Shown: positions 49,730-59,367 of the stretch, piece after piece
Numbering within the stretch: position 1 is the stretch's first letter
Layout: each line of letters begins with the position of its first letter
Assembly (NCBI GenBank): GCA_965202625.1
Contig: CBDBBI010000010.1
Coordinates: forward strand, 960,001-1,024,000
From: a bacterium
Lineage (GTDB): Bacteria > UBA8248
Direction of reading: 5' to 3'
Length of the DNA stretch: 64,000 bases
Made by a program: the position numbers and the translations under genes
The notes under the pieces: model-generated
Told to the model about the DNA's origin: nothing
The model's database searches: none
Seen by the model: the letters and a program-made list of their open reading frames with translations, nothing else

Positions 49730-51445
49730 ATCGCCAGACTTCACGGTCGGCTCACCGGACTGAAAACCAAGCAAATCAAGGCTCTGGAGAGGCTTTACCG
49801 CCGAAAAATACCCCCCGGCCAATTCATCCACCTAGAACTCGGTCGCGAACTCGCGTTTTTATCTTATGAAATCTCACGTCAGGTTGGGCTGCTCATCGAT
49901 CGACTTGGCGCGGTGCGCTACGTGATCATAGGCGATGCGCGAGGAATCGAAATACCGGAGCTTGGCCGCGCCCGTGCGGGAATGGCGAGGCTCAGAGGTA
50001 TTCGGTGCGTCCACACGCACCTAGACCCCTCCCCATTGTCACAAGAAGATCTAACGGACATGGCTCTCCTCCGCCTCGACGCCATGGGAGCGATAGAAGT
50101 ATCAAAAGATGGCAGTGCGGGCCGACTCCACCTCGCCCACATCACGCCCAAGCCCAGAAACGAAAGCGAAGCGGACAGCACCCATTCGACGTTTCTAGAG
50201 AACCGCGCTCCGTGGAAAATCCAGTCGTTCCCCAACCTGGAATCGAGCCGGTTTGACTTTGAATCTCTCATCAATTCCCTGGAAGAGGAATTCGCCCGCC
50301 TTCAAAAAGCATCGATTCAACTTGAAGAGGGAGAACGCGCCCTGCTCGTGCACCTCGACACCGGTGGCAAAACAAAGCGTTCCGCCGAAATCGAGTTTGA
50401 GGAGCTGTCTCTCCTCGCGCGCGAGGCCGGTTTCATCCCTTGCGGAAACATTCTACAGCGACGGAGAAAGCCGGATCCGCGCTTCGTCATCGGCAAAGGC
50501 CGGTTGGCGGACGTCCTCATGAACTCTATGCGGGTGGGAGCCGAAGCGCTGTTATTCTCTAATGAACTGACACCATCGCAAGTCAAGAATTTATCTGAAT
50601 CCACCGATCTGAAAATTCTCGACCGAACGCAAATCATCCTCGACATTTTCGCCCAAAGAGCCAAAAGCCGTGTAGGAAAACTTCAGGTGGAGCTTGCCCT
50701 GCTACGATACGCACTGCCCCGCATCTCTTCTCAACACTCGGCACTGAGTCGGCTCACCGGCGGTATAGGCGGCAGGGGACCAGGCGAAACCAAGCTGGAG
50801 ATTCACCGGCGCCGCGCATTCGAGCGCATTCGTAGGGTAGAGAAAGAACTGGAGAGTCTGCAAAGAAAACGCTCCCAAGGCAGACGACTCCGCCAGCGCC
50901 GGAAGGCGCCGATCCTCTCCCTAGTGGGCTACACCAACGCGGGAAAATCTACACTGCTGAACGTCTTGACGAAGAGCGAGGTCAGGGCCGAGGATCGCCT
51001 TTTCGCCACCCTGGACACGGCAAGCCGACGACTGCGGCTCCCGCGCGAGCAGGAAGTCATCATCACAGACACCGTCGGCTTCATTCATGACCTCCCCCAG
51101 GAGTTGATAGGGGCGTTTCGCGCCACGCTGGAAGAATTGAACGAGGCGGACCTTCTGATTCACGTGATTGACGCCTCATCCGCGCATTGTGAGGAAAACC
51201 TCTTCTCCGTGGAGAAAATCCTGGATGAAATTGGGCTGAAAGATACGTCTCTCATTCGCGTTTTTAACAAAATGGACAAAACGGACGACATCCGTCTCGC
51301 CAATCTATGCCGTAGATTCGACGGCATCGCCTCAAGCGGCGTTGCCCCTGAAAGCCTCATCCCTCTGGTGGAGGAGGCAGCCTACCGCCTATCGAACATG
51401 GACAAGCAGGATGAGAGAGAAAAATACGAACGAGCCACGAACTAA
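49730..51445 (+). CDS. hflX: GTPase HflX, long N-terminal form; probable ATC start
   Basis: GYTNAGKST, LFATLD, DTVGF, NKMD, GPGETKLE; GGGGAG SD 9 nt before ATC. Confidence 0.93.
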   Translation: MARLHGRLTGLKTKQIKALERLYRRKIPPGQFIHLELGRELAFLSYEISRQVGLLIDRLGAVRYVIIGDARGIEIPELGRARAGMARLRGIRCVHTHLDPSPLSQEDLTDMALLRLDAMGAIEVSKDGSAGRLHLAHITPKPRNESEADSTHSTFLENRAPWKIQSFPNLESSRFDFESLINSLEEEFARLQKASIQLEEGERALLVHLDTGGKTKRSAEIEFEELSLLAREAGFIPCGNILQRRRKPDPRFVIGKGRLADVLMNSMRVGAEALLFSNELTPSQVKNLSESTDLKILDRTQIILDIFAQRAKSRVGKLQVELALLRYALPRISSQHSALSRLTGGIGGRGPGETKLEIHRRRAFERIRRVEKELESLQRKRSQGRRLRQRRKAPILSLVGYTNAGKSTLLNVLTKSEVRAEDRLFATLDTASRRLRLPREQEVIITDTVGFIHDLPQELIGAFRATLEELNEADLLIHVIDASSAHCEENLFSVEKILDEIGLKDTSLIRVFNKMDKTDDIRLANLCRRFDGIASSGVAPESLIPLVEEAAYRLSNMDKQDEREKYERATN

Positions 51446-52106
51446 TTTTTGTCCGAATCGCCCCCAAAAATTATCCCTTTTGTTGTCCGCCGTCCTGCTG
51501 AGCTCTCTGGCGGGAGGCTGCGTCTCGACCGACCCCTCGACGGGAGACGCTTGGAAGAAGACAAAAACAATCGTTCAATCCACATACGCCAAGACCCGGC
51601 ACTCTATTGCAAACACTTTGACGGCGATAGCAAAATATCAGAGCGACAGCGCAAGGGAGCAGCAAATCAGGCAAGAAAAAAACCCCTCAGACGGTAAGAA
51701 CAAAAAAAGAAAAACCATCGCACGACCTGCGGCTACGCCTCGTTTTCAGGATCGGTTTCCATCCAAAACCCATCGCTCACAGGAGAAGGCTCTGAAGTCC
51801 GACAAAGGCAGGCGAGCTGCCGGGAGAAACAAGCGCGGAGAGGATTCTAAAGAAGAGCTATTGGTGCTCTCAACGGCCATGACTTCCGAGGAGTTGCGTC
51901 AACGCATTCACGATATTGAACAGGAGCGAATCCGATCAAAAAGTCCAGTCAGAAGACGCAAGCTGACGCACGAACAGAGAAAATGGGAGCAAATGCTGCT
52001 CAGATCCCAAAAAGAGGAAAACATCATCAATGAGATGACGAAATTGCGGCACCGGCTGAGAAAGCTGCAAAGAGATTTGCTCAAGATTCAGCAGACCAAT
52101 CGCTAG
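51411..52106 (+). CDS. Hypothetical basic lipoprotein with C-terminal coiled coil
   Basis: Hydrophobic stretch ending LAGGC; K/R/E-rich helical tail; start uncertain. Confidence 0.6.
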   Translation: MREKNTNEPRTNFCPNRPQKLSLLLSAVLLSSLAGGCVSTDPSTGDAWKKTKTIVQSTYAKTRHSIANTLTAIAKYQSDSAREQQIRQEKNPSDGKNKKRKTIARPAATPRFQDRFPSKTHRSQEKALKSDKGRRAAGRNKRGEDSKEELLVLSTAMTSEELRQRIHDIEQERIRSKSPVRRRKLTHEQRKWEQMLLRSQKEENIINEMTKLRHRLRKLQRDLLKIQQTNR

Positions 52107-52116
52107 AGCAGCTGGA

Positions 52117-54840
52117 TTATCCTTGAGAATTCCCCGATACAATCACCAAGCATTCCGCGCCCGGCTTCATGAAGCGACGTGCGGCTTCTCTGACCGCATT
52201 CCCGTCCACTCGCTCGATTTGCGCGATTGATTCTTCAAGCGTCTCCCATCCCAAGTCGTAGGAGAACCCGAACGCCAAGTCGGACGCTCGCGCCAAGGCG
52301 CGTTGATGACTGCGGGACAATCCGCCAATGAGATACGACTTGGCGCGGCGCAATTGCCCATTATCAAGACCGCCTCGGCTCAGGCGGGTAATTTCCTGGC
52401 GCATCAAGTCGACGGCCAATTTTTCTTTCCCTGGAAGCGTGGCCGCATAAATCGAGAACATCCCCGGGTCGAGAGACTCATCGGAGGAAACACCCACGTC
52501 GTAAGCAAGCCCGCGCTTCTCTCGCAACTCCCAGAAGAGTCCTCCTCCCTGGCTTCCCAAAGCCGCAGCGATGACGGAAAGCGCGTGTCTTGCATGTTCA
52601 CGAAAAGTCGCGCCCAAAAACGACATGTGCACGTGGCTTTGCGACGCCCCCTCGATCGCGTATGAGCGAAAGCGCCCCCTTACAGGATTTATGGGTGGGG
52701 GCGGATCCAGAAATACCGTTTCTCGAGGCGCCTTCCCCGCCCAAGGCGCCAGCATTCGAGGGAGATGCTCCTCCAGGTACGAGGCGTCAAAATTTCCAGC
52801 GACCCCGATGACCAACCTCTCAGGAGATGCTCTTCTGTGCCATTCGCGCTTCAAAACGCTCGGACCGAAAGCGGCCATCGTTCGGGGAGTCCCGAGTGGG
52901 TGACGCCCTAGTGGATGTTTGCCATACAAAAGCTGATGTCCCTTGAATCGGCAGTATTGCCCCAAGTCATCCCGTGCGCTGTTGCGCTCCGCATTCATCT
53001 CCGCTCTGACGAGTTCAACGTCCTTCTCATCGAAAGCACTCTCGGACACGATTTGCGCGAATTTCTCCATGATCTCGGGCAACACCGCGCTGAGTCCAGA
53101 AACGGTCAGTCCAAAGGTATTCCTACCCGAGAACCCACCGAGGCTGGCACCCAAACCCTCCACCTCTCTCGCGTGCAGGGACGATGGGAAGCCTCTGGTC
53201 GCCATAGGCAACACCGCCATCATCAAAGCGTGCAGTCCAGACTGGTGCGCGGATTCATTTCTCTGCCCCCCCAGAAACACAGCGCGCAAAGAGAAAACAA
53301 GCGGCCCGCCTCCAGGCAGCATGACCAGTCGCCCACCGCCCGGAAGCTCCGTCCGCATCGGTTCGCCCTTCGTTTTCGGGCGCCTTGCATTAACGAAAAA
53401 ACCTCTCGCTCCCGAAATGACGCGAGAGCGAGCAGACGCCGCTGATTTTTCCGCCACGCTGCGATTTTGGCCCGCGTCGGCACCCGTTCCTTCAACACCA
53501 TTTTTGAATCCGTTCAATATGGCTTTTCGAATTCTTCGCGCGCCGATTCCAGCCCCTTCTCCTTTGGGGAAGAACACGCCCACGGTCATTCGAGATGGAA
53601 CCAGATAACGCCTCGCCACCTCCGAGACATCACGCAGCCCTACCGACATCACCATCTTCACGTGCTTCAAACAATAGCTGGCATCCCCAGCGATCAATTC
53701 AGAATAACCGACCATGCGGGCGCGCTCGGCCATTTCCTCGCGCTGAAACTCCATGCCCGCCAGATAATTCATACGCACTTTCTCCAGCTCATCCGAAGTC
53801 AACGGCGCATCCTCGACGACTTCTCGCGCCACACGAAGGATTCGCTCAGCGGCCTTCTCAGTGTTTTCTGGCGCGACGTATCCGCCTAGGAAGAAGAGTC
53901 CCGGTCCGCCGAAGAAACAGGGGTCAGCGAAGACGTCAAACATCAGCGGCGTGTTCATGCACAGATTCGCATACAGACGAGAACTTTCGCCCGCCCCGAG
54001 AACCATGCCGAGCACCTCCAGCGCGGGGGCGTCCGGATGGGTGAGCGGAGGAATTTCAAACGCGATGTCCAAGTGTGCCGTTCCGGAGCGTCCGCGCTTC
54101 ACGATGACGCGCGGCCCCGCCTTCAAAGGCACCGGAGCAGGAACTTTCCTCATCTTTCGGGGTTGGGGTCTAGGCCATTTGACGTGCAAATTTTCTTGTT
54201 TTTTTCTCAAAATCGACTTGATTTTGGAAACGTTCATGACCCCGGCGAACACCAGGACGGCCGACGAAGGCTTATAGAATCTCTCGTGATAGTTTCTTAA
54301 CTCTCGCGCCCCTATACTCTTCACCGTTTGCCGCGTGCCTAAAATGGCGCGCCCATAAGGGTGCCTATGGCCGTACGCCTCACGATAGAGGTAATGTTGA
54401 AGGCGTTGGTCCGGCCGCTCATACGCGCGATTCAACTCAGAGAAAATGACCCCTCTCTCCTGGCGTACTTCGCTTTCGTCAAATCGTGGCCACCAGAGCG
54501 CGTCGAGGAACACCTCCAGACACGCTTCAAATTTATTCGGCATCGATATCAGGTCGTAATACGTGGATTCGCTCGTCGTGTAAGCATTGATGTCTCCGCC
54601 GGAAGACTCCGCCATCGAAGCGAGCTCCCCTACCTCCAGATTTCGCGAACCCTTGAATATCATGTGCTCAAGGAAATGGGAGATGCCTTCGAAAGGGGCC
54701 GTTTCAGTGAGGCTGCCAACGGGAAACCACGCCTGCACGCTCACGGCGGGAGCCGCGGAATCCGGCAGAAAAATGCAGGTGGGGCCTCCCCTCATTTGCG
54801 AAACGAGAGGCTTTATATCTTCTACGAATCGCTCCGCCAT
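52117..54840 (-). CDS. M16 (pitrilysin) zinc peptidase, fused two-module form
   Basis: GISHFLEHM.FKG, NAYT, LREKRGLAY. Confidence 0.92.
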   Translation of the reverse strand: MAERFVEDIKPLVSQMRGGPTCIFLPDSAAPAVSVQAWFPVGSLTETAPFEGISHFLEHMIFKGSRNLEVGELASMAESSGGDINAYTTSESTYYDLISMPNKFEACLEVFLDALWWPRFDESEVRQERGVIFSELNRAYERPDQRLQHYLYREAYGHRHPYGRAILGTRQTVKSIGARELRNYHERFYKPSSAVLVFAGVMNVSKIKSILRKKQENLHVKWPRPQPRKMRKVPAPVPLKAGPRVIVKRGRSGTAHLDIAFEIPPLTHPDAPALEVLGMVLGAGESSRLYANLCMNTPLMFDVFADPCFFGGPGLFFLGGYVAPENTEKAAERILRVAREVVEDAPLTSDELEKVRMNYLAGMEFQREEMAERARMVGYSELIAGDASYCLKHVKMVMSVGLRDVSEVARRYLVPSRMTVGVFFPKGEGAGIGARRIRKAILNGFKNGVEGTGADAGQNRSVAEKSAASARSRVISGARGFFVNARRPKTKGEPMRTELPGGGRLVMLPGGGPLVFSLRAVFLGGQRNESAHQSGLHALMMAVLPMATRGFPSSLHAREVEGLGASLGGFSGRNTFGLTVSGLSAVLPEIMEKFAQIVSESAFDEKDVELVRAEMNAERNSARDDLGQYCRFKGHQLLYGKHPLGRHPLGTPRTMAAFGPSVLKREWHRRASPERLVIGVAGNFDASYLEEHLPRMLAPWAGKAPRETVFLDPPPPINPVRGRFRSYAIEGASQSHVHMSFLGATFREHARHALSVIAAALGSQGGGLFWELREKRGLAYDVGVSSDESLDPGMFSIYAATLPGKEKLAVDLMRQEITRLSRGGLDNGQLRRAKSYLIGGLSRSHQRALARASDLAFGFSYDLGWETLEESIAQIERVDGNAVREAARRFMKPGAECLVIVSGNSQG

Positions 54841-54938
54841 ATCGCCTTAAATTTTTCGAATCCGTATCTCGTCTGAGACGGACTCGTTAGTCTGTAGAAA
54901 TCCTCTCGAGCCGCCCGAACCCAAAGGCAAGGAATCCC

Positions 54939-54966
54939 TTGACTTCCAAGGAGTGGAGGGTATCAT
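54939..54966 (+). promoter_or_regulatory. Putative promoter TTGACT-N16-TATCAT
   Basis: Motif match upstream of the ferredoxin-uxaA-like operon. Confidence 0.5.
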
Positions 54967-55077
54967 CTCGCTTTCTCCAGGTCATTCGGAGAATGACGTC
55001 AAAGTGCTATTTTCGCCTCACAGAGAAAATCCCATCAGAGACGACCAATGACCCGTTATGTAAAAAGAGGATAATCC

Positions 55078-55416
55078 GTGGAACACATCAAAAGACACGT
55101 TTTCGTATGCATCAATCAACGTCCACCGAATCATCCGATGGGCTGTTGTCAGAGCAAGGGCAGCATTGAAGTCGCGCAAGCCATCACAGAATCAATTGGC
55201 TCAAGCGACCTCGCTTCGGATACGGCCATGGCGGGTGCCACCTGCCTGGGTCCATGCACGATGGGTCCCACGCTGGTCGTATATCCCGAGGGCGTCTGGT
55301 ACACGGGCGTCAAAGTGGAAGATGTCCCCGAACTCGTTGAGGAGCACCTAAAAAACGGACGCCCCCTCGAAAGGCTACGCCTCAGACTACCCGGAAACGT
55401 CGAAACCGACGACTAG
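55078..55416 (+). CDS. Thioredoxin-like [2Fe-2S] ferredoxin
   Basis: HVFVC.N.R...CC..KG, CLGPC..GP..VVYPEGVWY. Confidence 0.92.
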   Translation: MEHIKRHVFVCINQRPPNHPMGCCQSKGSIEVAQAITESIGSSDLASDTAMAGATCLGPCTMGPTLVVYPEGVWYTGVKVEDVPELVEEHLKNGRPLERLRLRLPGNVETDD

Positions 55417-55437
55417 AATGAACACGGAGGCCGCTTG

Positions 55438-55710
55438 ATGAGCCGAGCGCTGGTGATGGACTCAAAGGACAATGTGGCCACCGTGCTTGAGGACATCGCT
55501 CCTGAGCAAGACGTAGAAATTGAGGGTGGTGAGAAAACATGGACGATCCGCGCTACGGAAACGATTCCTTTTGGCCATAAAATCGCGCTGCGAAAGATAT
55601 CCGCAAACGCGAAAGTGCTCAAATACGGCGAAGTCATCGGCGCCGCCACACAAAGCATATCCCCTGGCAGGCACGTCCACGTCCATAACATGAAGAGCAC
55701 CCGAGGCTAA
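55438..55710 (+). CDS. UxaA/SuyA-family SAF-domain small subunit
   Basis: DNVAT, IPFGHKIAL, KYGEVIG, G.HVHVHN. Confidence 0.9.
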   Translation: MSRALVMDSKDNVATVLEDIAPEQDVEIEGGEKTWTIRATETIPFGHKIALRKISANAKVLKYGEVIGAATQSISPGRHVHVHNMKSTRG

Positions 55711-55714
55711 GCAC

Positions 55715-56893
55715 ATGCCCAGGAAAAGGGGCGCTCCCACCTTTTGGGGCTACAGAAGGCCGCAGGGACCTCCGGGAGGCCGGAATCACCTGGCCATCGT
55801 CAGCGCCATGGACAATTCAAACCCCATCGTTCGCAGAATTGGCGCACTAGTGCGAGACACCACGTCTGTTAACACGTCATTCGGACGCGCACTTATGGGC
55901 GAGGACGCGGAACAGCATTGGCGGGTGATGGGGCATACCGCCGCCCACCCGAACGTAGGCGCCGCCATCATCGTCAGCCTCGAGCCCAAGAGTGCGGACG
56001 CCATCGCGGAAGTCGCTGCGAGAACCTCGCCCTGGATGCCCTTAGAGTCCGTGAACATCCAGCAAACCGGAGGCACACTCACCACAACTGCCCATATCAT
56101 CGAAATCGCCAAGAAACTCTTAGCCCACCTCGCGTCCGCCAGGCGCGTTCGCTGCGAGTTGAACGAGCTCACCATCGGCGCAGAATGCGGGGGGTCGGAC
56201 ACGACGAGCGGCGTCGTCTCAAACCCCGTGACGGGAATGGTCGCCGACAGGGTGGTGAGAGCGGGCGGGTCGGTTATCTTCTCCGAGACGCTGGAAATTG
56301 TGGGGGCCGAGCATTTACTCGCCCGCCGGGCCGCGGACAGAAAAACCGCCCGGAGAATTATCACTTCCGCGAAACGCGCCGTCGACTACGCCGCAAACAT
56401 CGGCGTAGATTTCATCGGTTCGAACCCGGCCCCGGACAACATCAGGGGTGGGCTTTCGTCCATTGAGGAAAAAAGTCTGGGCGCCATCAAGAAAGCGGGA
56501 GAGCATCCCATCGTCGAGGTCGTCGGCGTAGGCGAACGTCCCTCGAAAAAAGGCGTCATCTTCGCCGATGCCCCTTGCGCCGGCGTGGAGAACATCTCCT
56601 CGCTTGCAGCCAGCGGCGCGCAGGCGATTATTTTCTCGACAGGAATCGGAAATCCCATCGGACATCCTGTCTCTCCCACCATCAAAGTGACTGGGAATCC
56701 TCGGACCGCCCGGGCGATGGCCGAGAACATTGACGTGGACATCAGCGGCGTCATGGAGGGAAAGATGCGCATTGACGAGGCGAGGGATTTGCTCGAGAAA
56801 GAACTCATTGACGTGATGAGCGGAAAACTCACCACATCGGAGATTCTGGGCGAGACGGAACTCACGGTCAGCCGGGCCGCGCTCAGCCTCTGA
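55715..56893 (+). CDS. UxaA/SuyB-family dehydratase or sulfo-lyase large subunit
   Basis: GYRR..G..G.RNH, HPNVG, ECGGSDTTSG..SNP, GGLSSIEEKSLG. Confidence 0.88.
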   Translation: MPRKRGAPTFWGYRRPQGPPGGRNHLAIVSAMDNSNPIVRRIGALVRDTTSVNTSFGRALMGEDAEQHWRVMGHTAAHPNVGAAIIVSLEPKSADAIAEVAARTSPWMPLESVNIQQTGGTLTTTAHIIEIAKKLLAHLASARRVRCELNELTIGAECGGSDTTSGVVSNPVTGMVADRVVRAGGSVIFSETLEIVGAEHLLARRAADRKTARRIITSAKRAVDYAANIGVDFIGSNPAPDNIRGGLSSIEEKSLGAIKKAGEHPIVEVVGVGERPSKKGVIFADAPCAGVENISSLAASGAQAIIFSTGIGNPIGHPVSPTIKVTGNPRTARAMAENIDVDISGVMEGKMRIDEARDLLEKELIDVMSGKLTTSEILGETELTVSRAALSL

Positions 56894-56941
56894 AGCCGCT
56901 ACTCGCCTTCCAACCCCTACAAGTCGACGAACACTTTCGTC

Positions 56942-57454
56942 CTAAAAACCCATTCCCACGATGAGTCGATTCCAGGTGTTAATAAGCGCAACGGTGCCAA
57001 ATAGTTCCACTATCTGCGTTTCTGAGAAGTGCGCCCTCAGCGACTCAAAAGTCTCATCCGAGACGCTCACGCCCTTCGTACTCTCCTCGCAAAGGCGCAA
57101 CGCCGCTTTTTCCCTCTCATCAAAGAGGTCGCTCAAGGAACCCTCTTGTGCCGCCTTCGTCTTCTCGTCCCCCACCTTGCGCATCCGCGCCATGTTGGAA
57201 TGCATGTTCACACAAAAATGACATCCATTGAGCACCGACGCGCGAATGTTCAGCACCTCCTTGAAGCCGACGTCGATCTCTCCCGGGCCATCCGCCACCG
57301 TGGTCAAGCTCAGCAGCGAGCGCAAAAAGGCCGGCTTATGGGCCAAAGCTTTCACCGGAGGAATCACAACGCCGAATTGTTTTTGCAAATTCTCCATGAT
57401 GCGCTTCGCCGACGCTTCCGCCTGCTCCGGCTCCAACAAGGAAATACGCGCCAT
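56942..57454 (-). CDS. AhpD/carboxymuconolactone decarboxylase family protein
   Basis: S.LNGCHFCVNMH, LR.HFSE.QIVEL, INTWNR; AGGAGG SD. Confidence 0.9.
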   Translation of the reverse strand: MARISLLEPEQAEASAKRIMENLQKQFGVVIPPVKALAHKPAFLRSLLSLTTVADGPGEIDVGFKEVLNIRASVLNGCHFCVNMHSNMARMRKVGDEKTKAAQEGSLSDLFDEREKAALRLCEESTKGVSVSDETFESLRAHFSETQIVELFGTVALINTWNRLIVGMGF

Positions 57455-57696
57455 TTCATCCTCCTTATATTGATTTTCGTATGAATATACGCCTGCGCAT
57501 GAGAGACATTCCATTTTTCTCACACTGATATTTACGCCACCTTGACATCCCCATCAATGAACGCCCCAAAACCATTCAACGATGAGCGCAAATGAGCAGG
57601 AAGCGTAAAATATCCTCTTCTGCTAGATTACCACACCTTGTACTCTCCGCTTACCCAGGCGTGCGCCTTAAAACGCAAGAAGGATGAAAACTGCCT

Positions 57697-58524
57697 ATGA
57701 ACAAGCGAATTTCCCTGTGGCAAGCCGCTTCTCTCATCAAGGATGGAGACACCATCAGCCCTGGCGGCACCCTTCTGCACAGAACGCCCTCCGCCCTCGT
57801 GCGCGAAATCGCGCGCTCACGTATCCGGGGGCTGACGCTCATCAAACCCTCTCCTGGCTACGACGCCGACCTTCTTTGCGCGGCGGGGGCTGTGAGCAGG
57901 GTGGTCAGCGGCATCGTCACGTTTGAAGCGGAATTCGGGTCGGCGCCCCATTATCGAAAGGCGATCGAAAAGGGATTGGCCGGCCTTACCGAACACGCCT
58001 GAGCTAGTGTTCTCGCCGGGCTGCGGGCCGCAGCCTACGGCATCCCCTTTCAGCCCATCCGTGGGTTCAAGGGGAGCGATATACCGGAGCAAAGCGGCAT
58101 CTTTACGATCGAAGATCCATACACGAAAGAGGAGCTCTACGCGATTCCCGCCATGAAGCCGGACTGGGCGTTAATTCACGCCCCAAAATCAGACGCGCAG
58201 GGAAACGCCCAAATTCTGGGCAACCAGCATTTCGACGTCGAAATGACGCGCGCGGCGCAAAAGGGGGTGATCCTCACGGTCGAGAAAATCGTAGCCCCGG
58301 AAGAAATTGCATCCGAGCCCGAGCGAACAGCCATTCCAGGTTTCCTCGTAAAGGGGGTTGTAGAAACGCCAGGCGGTGCCTCGCCTTGCAGCTGCCATCC
58401 GTCCTATGGGGTCGACAAAGATGAAATGGACCGCTACATAGCCCTGACCCAAAAAGAGGGGGGACTCGAGGAGTATCTTGCGAGCACGGATAAAACGGGC
58501 GCGCAAGATGGGACGACGAAATGA
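57697..58524 (+). CDS. Family I CoA-transferase alpha subunit (GctA/PcaI-type), 275 aa, with in-frame TGA at 58000-58002 (probable Sec)
   Basis: Reading through the TGA gives continuous IKDGD..GG...R.P..L, EHA-U-ASVLAGLRAAAYGIPF...GSD, PD.ALIHA..SD..GN, P.GA.P.SC; hairpin after the UGA. Confidence 0.85.
58015..58041 (+). promoter_or_regulatory. SECIS-like hairpin GCCG-GGCUGC-GGGCC-GCAGCC-UA-CGGC
   Basis: Stem begins 12 nt after the UGA; G-starting apical loop 22 nt after the UGA. Confidence 0.55.
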
Positions 58525-59279
58525 CGAAGGGTAATCGCGTCACATCGCTGCCCGAACACGTAATTCGCGCTGGCAACCAAATGGCCGTCTCGCTCTCGCG
58601 CCTCATTGAGGACGGGAAAAAAGTCTTCCACGGAGTCAACTCGCCACTTCCGATGGTCGCGATTTTTTTGGCCCAAAAACGACACGCCCCCCACTGCGTG
58701 CTCATTGAAGTTGCCGGCTCCGTGGACCCGAAACCACGCTTTATGCCAAAAAGCACAGCCGATCCCGAACTATGCTACGGCGCGGCCTCCCTGTTCTACA
58801 ACCCAGACACTTACGATCTTTTCGCGCGCGGCGGAATAGACCTCGCCTTTCTGGGCGCTGCCCAGCTCGACAAGCAAGGACGCGCCAACATGAGCTACAT
58901 CGGCAACCCTATTCACCCGAAAGTCCGTTTTCCTGGCGGGGGAGGAGGCGCCGTCATCATGCCCCAAGTAAAGCGAACCGTCATTTGGCGAACGACACAC
59001 GATAAGCGATTTTTCGTGCCGAGGGTGGACTTTTCAACCCAATCCGGAAACCTCAGCCACGTGATAACGCCCATCGCCGCACTTGAAAGAAAACCAACAG
59101 GGCTTGAAATCTCTAGCGTTCACGCTGGTCACTCAATGGATGAAGTGATCGAGAAGACCGGGTTTGGCTTGCAACGTCCAAGAATTGTTGCGCAAACCGC
59201 CCCGCCGAGTGCCGAGGAGCTGGAGGCTTTGGGTGAACTCGACCCGGACGGCGTGCGTTTTTCAGAGTTCCGCATATAA
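58521..59279 (+). CDS. Family I CoA-transferase beta subunit (GctB/PcaJ-type)
   Basis: LIEVAG catalytic-Glu region, FLGAAQLD..G.AN, PGGGG, FV.RVDF, TGF; ATGA overlap. Confidence 0.88.
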   Translation: MTKGNRVTSLPEHVIRAGNQMAVSLSRLIEDGKKVFHGVNSPLPMVAIFLAQKRHAPHCVLIEVAGSVDPKPRFMPKSTADPELCYGAASLFYNPDTYDLFARGGIDLAFLGAAQLDKQGRANMSYIGNPIHPKVRFPGGGGGAVIMPQVKRTVIWRTTHDKRFFVPRVDFSTQSGNLSHVITPIAALERKPTGLEISSVHAGHSMDEVIEKTGFGLQRPRIVAQTAPPSAEELEALGELDPDGVRFSEFRI

Positions 59280-59367
59280 GTTTCGTAAACTACGGAAAAT
59301 GGGGAGTCGCTTCATTCCCCACCTCCCTCTGGGGGCCTTGCAGAGTGGCGGATTCAGGAGGATTCAC

